Made by a program: the position numbers and the translations under genes. From contig NW_019217977.1 of assembly GCF_002571385.2 (NCBI RefSeq), forward strand, positions 46,829 through 110,828: 64,000 nt of DNA, in the 5' to 3' direction. The notes under the pieces were generated by a model. The model worked only from the letters and a program-made list of their open reading frames with translations. It searched no databases and was not told the origin of the DNA. This stretch comes from Stylophora pistillata. Lineage: Eukaryota. Positions within the stretch are counted from its first letter, which is position 1, and the number at the start of each line of letters is the position of its first letter. Shown piece after piece: positions 38,621-48,731 of this stretch.

Positions 38621-39015
38621 TTCAGTGCGGTTGAATTTCGCGGATATTTCTGGAGTACAAATATCGCTTGATATTTGTACTCGTCTCGCGCGTTTATTTG
38701 TACTCTACGAAGCACATTTGGATAGTAAATATATCTCATTAGAAGTTTTGTTGTGTTGTATCACTGAGTATTTTTACGAGTTGTACCGTATTTTAACGAG
38801 CCCGTTGGGTGAGTCAAAATGCAAACAACGAGTAAAAATACTCTGCGATACTACACAACAAAACGTTTAATAAAAGATTTATCATCCAACGAGGCAAATT
38901 GTTATTTCAGTGCGGGCGAATTTCGTGGATATTTGTGGAGTACAAATATCGCGTGATATTTGTACTCGTCTCGCGCATTATTTGTACTCTACGAAGCACA
39001 ATTGGATAATAAATT
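38621..39015. repeat. Palindrome-rich tandem repeat of about 285 bp; second locus at 41975-42320
   Basis: Nested inverted repeats GTACAAATATCGCGTGATATTTGTAC, TTATTATCCAA/TTGGATAATAA and GTTTTGTTGTGTAGTATC/GATACTACACAACAAAAC, repeated head-to-tail. Confidence 0.75.
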
Positions 39016-39796
39016 TACTGTACAATACTCGTAATCAGTTATTTTACCTTTGCTTAAGAGAGTAGTAACGCTATGTAACGTAATTCAATACGATGGCCGC
39101 TAAGTCATTACGTTCCTGCCTATCTTAGAATTTCACCAACGAAAAAGTAGCCGCTAAGCCATTGCATCTTATAATAACCTTGTTTACCGGCGTAAATGTA
39201 GTCGTTGCGTTACTGGCGTTAGTAGGGTCGATTGTGATACCATTCGACGCACTTAGTGGCTTCACGAAATGCTTGCGACGAAATAACTAATTTCGCTGTT
39301 ATCCTAACGCCAGTTTAAGCCCTTATCCCTCTCTTTTAATGTCATAAACACAGTTAAGGCAAAACCTGGAAGTGCCAAAGAAGCAAAGAATACCTTTTTA
39401 AGGCTAAACTCTTACATGATTGTCAACTCTTTAAGTTTACGTGCTCTTTTGTTCCGTATCGTTTCAGAGCTGTTAAATTGCCTGAGTGATATTCGAATCA
39501 CTAGCCAGCTAAATGAACGCCATCTTCAAAATATGTCTTGCTGACGAGGCATAGAAAAAAATATATAAGAAGCAAAAATATAACATCTACGTATCGTTTT
39601 AATACTGTTAAATTGACTGGGTAATATTCAAATCACTAGCCAGCTAAACGAACGCCATCTTCAAAATTGTTTTTGCTACCGAGGCATAGAAATAACACAT
39701 AAGAAGCAAAAATATAACATCTGCTGAGTGTGTTTTTCAATTCGTCTTCCAAATGCATGGTCAGGATGATTTGCTTTGAATTAAGATGTCTTCAAT

Positions 39797-40621
39797 CTAG
39801 ATCGTCAGCTTTTCGAACTCAAACAAAGCATTATCGATGCGTCGTAGCACCTCAAAGAAGGAAGACTTTGAAGTATCAAAAATGAGACGATTGGCCAGAA
39901 ATTCAAATTCTTCCTTCAAATGACCTAGGATTTTGCGGTAATCGCCAAATGGTAGAATAATTTTTCCAATTTGATTCGCATACAACAGTTCCGCCTTGCA
40001 GTAATCACTCTGAAAGTATTCCTCATTGAGCCAGACTAGGATACAATCGCATTCATCGACGGCAACTTTCAATGCTCCTTGCAAATCAGAGGCCAACGGT
40101 ATGTCATCTTTGTCAAGCCATGTTTTGTAACCAAGAAATTTGAGCCCATTACGGAAAGTTTCCATTAGCGGCTTGTGCTTCGATTTGTGGCTTAAAAAGA
40201 AGCTGAATTGGGGGCTAAATCTCGTGTATTTGATCTTTCTAGTCACCAGAGGCACGATGTTATCTTCAAGGTACTTACGAAGCCTCTCTGGGTTTCCAAC
40301 GCTGTCGTTTAATCGACGAAGCTCATAACTATTTGCCAGCTCATCCACCATGTCGAAGGAATCCATTTCGTCTTTGCATGTTATTCCCAGGTAAAGACAT
40401 CTGACAATTTCCATCGTCCAGGTGGCACTTCCACTATACTTAAAGTTATTTAAGCGAACCTCAATTCCCTTTTCGAGGGCAAAGTCAAACGTAAACACAA
40501 GCCACCAGAATCCAGTTTTTTCGTTAAGCCCGTGATTCTCCTTGATTTCGATGTTGTATTTGTTCAGACCTGACTTTATGGGTCTGATTGGTACCTTGTA
40601 GAGATCGATTTTGTCTGCCAT
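39797..40621 (-). CDS. Intact intronless 274-aa protein: unrecognised N-terminal domain of about 138 aa plus a TIR domain (TIR_2-like) with the catalytic Glu
   Basis: FFLSH (beta-A), TWLDKDDIPLASDL (beta-B and BB loop), CILVWLNEEYFQSDYCKAELLYA (beta-C/alpha-C with the conserved E) and KIILP (beta-D). Confidence 0.9.
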   Translation of the reverse strand: MADKIDLYKVPIRPIKSGLNKYNIEIKENHGLNEKTGFWWLVFTFDFALEKGIEVRLNNFKYSGSATWTMEIVRCLYLGITCKDEMDSFDMVDELANSYELRRLNDSVGNPERLRKYLEDNIVPLVTRKIKYTRFSPQFSFFLSHKSKHKPLMETFRNGLKFLGYKTWLDKDDIPLASDLQGALKVAVDECDCILVWLNEEYFQSDYCKAELLYANQIGKIILPFGDYRKILGHLKEEFEFLANRLIFDTSKSSFFEVLRRIDNALFEFEKLTI

Positions 40622-41250
40622 TGCCGAACAAATACTTTAAACTCAGTAGTGGAGGTGTATGCGTAAATCGCAGTTCACTGTACCCAAGCGGAAGTAGGTC
40701 ACCGCATGGATCCTGAACAAAGACAAGCAAGAGAGAAGACTGGAAACTGGAAATGGTGGGAAGGGCATATCATGACATGGGGTTAGTAGGAGCTACACGA
40801 AGTGCACGGTATTATAGAACGAGGTGCTATGACAAACAATTTGTTTGTTTTTCCGATATTGAGAAAGACACAACAAAATGACTTTCATAGTCACCTACGA
40901 TTGAAATTGTGCAGCAGAGGAAAAAAAATCCATGCTCCACCATAAGCTCGATTGAGACCATCGAAGCTTTGTTTCTTCAAGTTTGATTTTAAGATAAAAT
41001 CAGTGTATAAAAAACACAGTACTCTCTTGTAAACGGGGTTGTATACCTCGTGCACTGTCCCATCTTTTTACAGAAGCATAGGCTGTCGCGAGGTCATTTC
41101 AGTCATTCAAAAAAACCAAAAGCTTAAAAATAAAAGGCTTCATAAATGAACTGCAAGTGTTGTGATAAATTTTTTGGGTGATTCTAGAAATGTTTATAGT
41201 GCAGCATATGCAGGGATCGAGTCTTTGATGAAGGCTAAAGTACCAGCTTA

Positions 41251-41253
<3 letters not shown>

Positions 41254-41304
<51 letters not shown>
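41254..41304. repeat. (TAA)n microsatellite inserted in the TIR copy 2 upstream region
   Basis: About 16 TAA units flanked by a duplicated CCAGCTT. It is absent from the paralogous position at about 37635. Confidence 0.85.
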
Positions 41305-41305
<1 letters not shown>

Positions 41306-41510
41306 CCAGCTTGAATGAAACTGTCTTTTAGTTACACGGTTAAGACAACGGTATCCGGAGCAATTTCGTCAACCGCCTGCACCCAGTCTAGACTTCTCAG
41401 TTATTGATGTCTAGACTCATATTAATAGAGATTTATATTCACGTACTTTAGTGGATTTCTGAGAATCTAGCTCCCTTTATACCTACGCAAAGGTAGCCAT
41501 AAGTCATAGT

Positions 41511-41840
41511 GTTAGTGGCTATCTTAGAATCTCGTTATTTACCGACGCAAACGTGGCCGTTTAGTCATTATGCTAGTGGCTATCAGAGAATCTCCCATAA
41601 TTCTGACGGAAATGGAGCCGTTAGTCATTGTGTTAGTGGCTATCTGAGAATCTCCCATAATACCGACGCAAATGAAGCCGTTAGTCATTATGCTAGTCGG
41701 CTATCAGAGAATCTCCCATAATTCTGACACAAATGAAGCCGTTAGTCATTGTGTTAGTGGCTATCTGAGTATCTCCCATAATACCGACGCAAATGAAGCC
41801 GTTAATTTATTGCGTTACTGGCTATTCTAGAATGTCCCTT
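41511..41840. repeat. Minisatellite of about 59-60 bp, 5-6 units, alternating A/B variants
   Basis: Units alternate between TATGCTAGTGGCTATCAGAGAATCTCCCATAATTCTGAC and TGTGTTAGTGGCTATCTGAGAATCTCCCATAATACCGAC. Confidence 0.9.
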
Positions 41841-42194
41841 CAGTCGGCACCGATGCTGGAGTATTCATGGGGCAAGTGATCACTTTCATTCTAGTTCAAC
41901 TGTATTTTATTCAATAATCAAGATAGTATGTATCTTATCGCCGTATTTTGACTGGCCCCTGGGGCCAGTCAAAATATACAAACAACGAGTAAAAATACTC
42001 AGCGATACTACACAACAAAACGTTTAATAAGAGATTTATTATCCAACGAGCCAAATTGTTATTTCAGTGCGGTTGAATTTCGTGGATATTTCTGGCGTAC
42101 AAATATCGCGTGATATTTGTACTCGTCTCGCGCGTTATTTGTACTGTACTAAGCACATTTGGATAATACATATATCTTATTAGACGTTTTGTTG

Positions 42195-42234
<40 letters not shown>

Positions 42235-42602
42235 TAACGAGCCCGTAAGGAGAGTCCAAATGCAAACAATGAGTAAAAATACTCAGCGACACTACACAAC
42301 AAAACGTTTAATAGGAGCTCAAANNNNNNNNNNNNNNNNNNNNNTCTTACATGATTGTCAACTCTTCCAGTTTACGTGCTGTTTTGTTCCGTATCGTTTC
42401 AGAGCTGTTAAAATGCCTGAGTGATATTCAAATCACTAGCCGGCTAAATGGATGCCATCTTTAAATTATGTTTTGCAGACGAGGCATAGAAATAACAAAT
42501 ATAAGAAGCAAAAATATAATATCTGCTGACTGTTTCTTAATTCCTCTTTCAAATACATAGGCTACATGGTATTTACTTTCAAAAATTAAGATTGTCTACA
42601 TT

Positions 42603-43433
42603 CTAGATTGCAAGCTTTTCGAACTCAAACAAAGCACTATCGATGCGTCGTAGCACCTCAAAGAAGGTCGACTTTGAAGTATCTTAAATGAGACGATTGG
42701 CCAGAAATTCAAATTCTCCCTTCAAATGACCTTGGATTTTGCCGTAATCGCCAAATGGGAGAATGATTTTTCCAAGTTTTTTCGCATACAACAGTTCCGC
42801 CTTGCAGTAATCGCTTTGAAAGTATTCCTCATTGAGCCAGACTAGTAAACAATCGCATTCTTCGATGGCAACTTTCAATGCTCCTTGCAATTCAGTGACC
42901 ATCGGCATGTCTTCTTTGTCAAGCCATGTTCTATAACCAAGAAATTTGAGCCCATTGCGGAAAGTTTCCATTAGCGCCTTGTCCTTCGATTTGTGGCTTA
43001 AAAAGAAGCTGAATTGGGGGCTGAATTTAGTGTATTTGATCTTTCTAATCACCAGAGGCACGATGTTATCTTCAAGGTACTTGCGAAGCCTCTCATTATT
43101 TCCGACTTGGTCGTTTATTCGTAGAAACTCGGGCCTATTTCCAAGCTCTTCGTCCATGTCGAAGGAATCCATTTTTTTCTCGTCTGTTATTCCCAGGTAA
43201 AAACATTTAATAATTTCCATTGTCCAGGTGGGTCTACCAATACCAAAATATTTGAAGTTCGTTAAGCGAACCTCGATTCCCTTTTCGAGAGCTAAGTCAA
43301 ACGTAAAAACACGCAACCAGAATGTAGTTCTCCGGTTGGGCCCCTTGTTCTCCTTGATTTCGATGTTGTATTTGTTCAGATCTGACTTAATGTATCTTGT
43401 ATTGTACGTGGAGAGGTCGATTTTGCCTGCCAT
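42603..43433 (-). CDS. TIR-domain gene copy 3; a premature in-frame TAA at 42684-42686 removes the last 27 residues (249-aa product or young pseudogene)
   Basis: ATG at 43433 (MAGKIDL). TTT in copy 2 is TAA here. The frame continues DTSKSTFFEVLRRIDSALFEFEKLAI to the homologous TAG at 42603. Confidence 0.85.
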
Positions 43434-45592
43434 TGCCGAACAAATACTTTGAACGAAGTGGTGGAGGTGTAAACGTGAGTTGCAGATCACAGGAGCTCCT
43501 AAGGTAAACGGAAGTAGATGAATTATTCAAAACCAGGCTAAAGAACAGTTCAAGAAAGAGAGGAGATTGGAAACTGGAAATTGTGGGGATGGGGTGGGGG
43601 GCGGTGAGGGGGAGGGGGTGGATTCTTCTGAGAGCCCGCACAGTCGGCAAAGCTGCGAGGACACGATGTTATCGAACCAAAAGTTGAAGTCAACGTATGT
43701 TTACCCTTCCGATTTGAGAAAGACAAAAAAAGCGGCCATTATAGTGACATACTGAAGAAACTGTGCCCTGGAGAAAAGAAAATGTGAATTACGGTCACTT
43801 CGCTCCATGGTTGGATCACTCCAACCAAGAGTTACATCGCTTCACAATTGAAGTTACTTCGATCCATATAAAAGTGACTTCGCTCCATACAGAAGTGACT
43901 TCGCTCTATGTAAGACAAGTACGATGTTGCCAACGGAGACAATCGTCGCATTGGAGGCCTTGCGTTACGGGTCGTGGCGTTACGTTGTAAGGTCACTAAC
44001 GCAAGCGTTATATAGAATATTTTAAGGTTACACAAATAGCTTGGTTGAGGTTGCATTTAACGTTTACAAATAAACAAGTCTGAAAGGTTCAGTTTGTGCG
44101 TTTCGGGTGTTGTACTAAAAATTGGTTGATTCCAGTCGAAGATTGCAATAAAATTCCTATAATCGTCAAACTTACACCGCGGAGAAAGTTGACAAGATCT
44201 TGCTTTACCTGTATAACAATGCCGGTGAGACACCGAACTGCCAATAACATTTAATTAAATAGACAGTTTCTCGCAAGTCTTCCTATTTCAAATTGGTCCC
44301 ACTAAGATACTTCATACCTTCCTTAGCCATGCGGTTTCCTTTAACAATAGTCTGATCTTCCTCATTTCTTTTTAACGTTCAATCTGTTCTCAGTTTCTTT
44401 CACTCCTTAGACACACAGACTCTCCCCGCATTCACAGCGCTGGCACCTCTTATGATTTCCCTTTGTTTAATTTCCTCTAATCTCTCAAACAAAATTCTTG
44501 CTCTAAGGAATCTCTTATCTTAACAAGTCTGCAGCTGTTGTTATAATGATTTTCTTTCTTTTTAATGCCTCATTTATTTGCAATGTTAAAAAAATTTGTA
44601 TATCTTACACATTTTACTTCTCAGCAAACTGAACCAGTACAAGCAAAGTGTGAAACTAGAGATATGTACAAATGATAAATACTCTTGTTTATGTTTATGT
44701 CTATGCCCTACAACTACTTATATTTTCATGTGCCTTAAAAAAAAAAAACAAAAAAAAAGTGACAACAGAAAAAAAAAGTTAAACTTGTAGTGTTACAAGG
44801 AAGTAAGGATTCTCTGTGCAATTAACTCATAACCCTGTAACTACCAAGATCTGATTGTTAATTCTCCCCTCTAGCTGCTACACATTTCCTTGTAAATTAG
44901 TTACAAGAATTTGGTGTTAGATCAAGGTATCAACTTCTATCTGATGAGTTTGAGTATTCTCATTACCTGTTTACTGAATAATGTATGGACATTATGGAGA
45001 GAAGTTGCATGTTAATCACTTCTGGGAGTTAAAGGTTTAAACTCTAAGAGTGACCAGCATCTAATTTCTCCTTAAAGTAATACTGCTGAATCAGTTGTTA
45101 ACATCATCAGAATAAAGGAACTGACTGCCAACCTAAGATGCTTTGATCATTAAAGGAATTCTCCTTATCAACATCTAAGGAAATGTGTAGAGAAAAGTAC
45201 AGAGAATGTGGATACCAATGTTAGAGTAGTAAAGGGTTAAAAAAGGTGTACAAAACATTTTGTGCTTTGACTGTACATTGCTGAGATACAAATGATTGTG
45301 GGAATGATTTATAGGTACAGTATATACTGTTCACGAAGTATGTGACTGGTTGGTAGGCAATAACTTACAAATCAATCTCTGGCCTTGGGCCACCGTCTAC
45401 CATGTTACTCTGCTGTTTTTATTGAGAGGTTTGTGACTTTAGAGAGGGGGTCACATGAAACTTAAAGCCATGCCCCTTTTAACGGGAACAGTTTGATTTT
45501 GTTCCCAGACATAGGTGTTTGCCTTTATTAGGGCATATTCAAGCAAAGTGATCACGGATTCACAGCCATCTTGTCCACCTTGCCAGTCTCAG

Positions 45593-48417
45593 TTACTCAT
45601 TAGGCATTTTAGTATTGCAGTTTCCATGATAAACATGAATTGGCCCAGAACAGTTGTGATATAAATTAAACACTTTTTCATATCCATGATTCCTCCACCA
45701 TGTACAAAGCTGACGATTCCAAGAACAGGGAAGGACATGGAAAAACTCAGGATAATCTAAGTTGAGCAATGAGTAAAAATCTTGATCTCCAAGATGCCCT
45801 TGGAAGGTATACTTGGTTGCTATCTCCTTCACTACATTGTTATTGAGAAGCTGGTTATACCTCTTTGAGTCACGCATCTTTTGTAAGTTTATTAACATGA
45901 CACCACTGTTAAAACCTGTTGCCCCATCTGGTGGTGGTTCTCCAGCTTTTGCACCAGGATGTCCATCACGATACATGTGCAGAATGTGTCTGTAAACTGG
46001 CTGCTGCTCTCTTGCAAGGCCAAAAATTGTGGTGGCTTTAAAATTATCAAATATTGCAAACAGTTGCTTGATGTCTGTCTGGAAAAACAAGTCAGAGTCC
46101 AGTGATATGATGTGTTTCATGGTCTGCGGCAGCACTTGATGTATGGCAGTGGATACAAAGAATAAGGGGTGACTGAAGTAAGAACGAGAGCCAGTACTGA
46201 ACAGATTCTGTGAAAGAAATTAAGAAGTTATCAGTAATTCCTAATTCCCATTACAATTGAGGTTTTATACTCTTAAGTTTTCCATAATAAAATATTGTGA
46301 GTTAGAATTTGACTCTGCCAGCCTCACCCGTACAATGCCAAGGAAAATCAAAACGAAAGCTGACAAGTGTAGGACCAAACAGATTGACACAAGCGAGTCT
46401 GGAAACAGATGTCAAGCCCTGCACTTATATGGCTTTGTTTAAAAAACTTAAAGTAAAACAGAAATGAGGAAAAAGGTTAGAAAAGTTTTTGTTGCAGAAT
46501 CTTTTTTGTGGTTGTCCTGTTCATGACATCTCTTACCTCCTACATGAATTTTAGGTTAAAACAAAATTTTCCAAATTTTAAACTCACCATGGTCATATGA
46601 TGAAATGTGTATTGACTGAGTTTAGCCTAGCTGCACAGGAAAATATTGGGCTCTCAATCAGCAGGGCTGTGGTCTAGTAGCGTCCGGTTGCCCCTGGAGC
46701 TTTANNNNNNNNNNNNNNNNNNNNNNNNNNNNNNNNNNNNNNNNNNNNNNNNNNNNNNNNNNNNNNNNNNNNNNNNNNNNNNNNNNNNNNNNNNNNNNNN
46801 NNNNNNNNNNNNNNNNNNNNNNNNNNNNNNNNNNNNNNNNNNNNNNNNNNNNNNNNNNNNNNNNNNNNNNNNNNNNNNNNNNNNNNNNNNNNNNNNNNNN
46901 NNNNNNNNNNNNNNNNNNNNNNNNNNNNNNNNNNNNNNNTAAGATATATATTAAATACAGGTAAATTAATACATATTCAAGTGCATGGTATTCTCTTTGA
47001 AATCTCTGCAGAATGATTATAAAATACAGTTTTACTTATGATCATCACCCTCAGTTTTATATTTCTAATTTAACATGTTTTGTGTCAGAGTTGTGGGTCA
47101 GGCCCCAGTTGTTCGAAGCATGGATAACACTATCGACTGGATAAATCTCCATCTGCTGGATAGCGCAGTACGTTTTGGCAACACTTATCTGCTGGATAGC
47201 GATTTATCCATTGGATAGCGTTATGTACTCCTTGAACAACAGGGCCCAGGTGTAACCTTAACCCTTTGACCCTTAAGAGTGACTGGAATCTAGTTTTTCC
47301 TTACAGTATCACCCCTGAATCACTCATAAAGGGATCAGGAGAATAAAGGAAATGATCACCTTCTGAAAAACCTATTGATTTATAATCAAATTCTCCTTGT
47401 CAGTAGCTCAGAAAATATCTAGAGAACAGTATGGAGTATATGCATACATACCTGAATTTCTTTGGTGATTGGTTTGACCTTACTAGATACATTGTCAACA
47501 TCATAATAAGTTACACTCAGGCCCTGGTTACACACTTTACCAGCCTGACTGAATGTATCCTCGCATGTAAGTTTTCCAACTTTGTCAGTTATTATATGAA
47601 AAGTCAAATTTATGCTGGAGTGTTCACAGATGGACAACACACACCGTTTGAACCGTTTAGCTAAGGAGCTTGCCTGGGAAACTTTAGCAAGAATCATCAA
47701 AATGTTGTTCTCGTTTTGTTGAGAAACAATGGGAGTTGCTACTTTCTTTTCACTCTTTTTCTTCCCACCATTTTTGTTTCCATTGAAATTGTCACTATGG
47801 TTTTCCTTGGAAACGTTTTCAGGCTCTTTTTGGTCAGGAACAAGAGACTTCTCCTCCAACAATGTTGTCTTCTTGATGAGTTCTTCATCGTGATAACTCA
47901 CTTCGCTCTCGAACGGTGAGTGTTGAGCTTTATTGTCATGTTGCAGATCTTTCTTCAGTCCTTTATTTTGCAATTTCCTGTGATCTAAGTCATTTTCAGC
48001 TTTCTCGATTTCTTCCTCTTTCAATCTTATTTTATTTTCTGCCTCAGATATCACTTTGCTGTCGTCTTCACCGCCTCCTTTGATCTTTTTCGTTAAATTA
48101 TCTTCTTTCTTTTTGAGTTTACTTCGATTAAAATCCACCATAGAGGGTGTATTTCTGTTATCGTTCATCGAAGGTAAACTTTGCTGCAGTTTTTTCGCGT
48201 TTTCACGCTGTACTTGATTCTGCTTCCAACCAATATTCTTAGGAACATGTTGGACTAAACTTCCTGCGACAAGATTAAGTTCCTGCGCATTTTGCTGCTC
48301 TGGAACTGAAGAGTAGAGAAATCTGCTAGCGATAACTAGAAGCAAAAGGAGTCCTATCACCAAAATTCGAGTAGGATGCCTCATACAATATCGAAATAAA
48401 CTTGCTCCTACCGCCAT
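45593..48417 (-). CDS. XXYLT1: Xyloside xylosyltransferase 1 (GT8 family, type II membrane protein), 2 exons, 526 aa
   Basis: Exons 47452-48417 and 45593-46207 (phase 0). N-terminal TM helix, DSD (DxD) motif, AREQQPVYRH, FNSGVML, GHLGDQDFY, WNRQLCTWW and HGNCNT. Confidence 0.92.
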
Positions 48418-48731
48418 GTTGTTTTCACCACATAATTATTTTTACCTCTTCAGGGGTAGGCACTGTTATGATGTCAAACCCAAAAGATGATGAATAAGAA
48501 TCATTACAGAAACAGAACTGTCTGAATTTAAATATAGAAACGAAGTTTTAAGCTTCGACTTACCTTACAGGATTCAATAAGCTCGCAATAGCAAATCAAA
48601 ATTAAAATGATATATATTTCCAAATGAGTAATTTTGCGTTTTCGTCATTTTACTCTACCTCTCCCCACTTAGAAGTATTTGCAACAGAGCAGTCGCACGA
48701 GGGTGGTCAGCGGATGAGAAGCAGAATCAAA
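48418..48731. promoter_or_regulatory. Probable bidirectional promoter for XXYLT1 and MRPS22
   Basis: The divergent ATGs are 314 bp apart. A YY1-like AAAATGGCGGC overlaps the MRPS22 start. Confidence 0.6.

Noticed and set aside
41511-41840. CRISPR-like array
   Set aside because: The whole unit of about 59 bp repeats with no unique spacers. There are no cas genes and the context is eukaryotic, so this is a minisatellite.
43434-43490. 19-aa N-terminal extension of TIR copy 3
   Set aside because: It starts at a non-ATG codon. Paralogue alignment places the start at 43433.
48624-48731. Upstream ATG extension of MRPS22
   Set aside because: MAAKIAASCGQFRAVK at 48732 looks like the mitochondrial targeting peptide start. 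The extension lies in the shared promoter.
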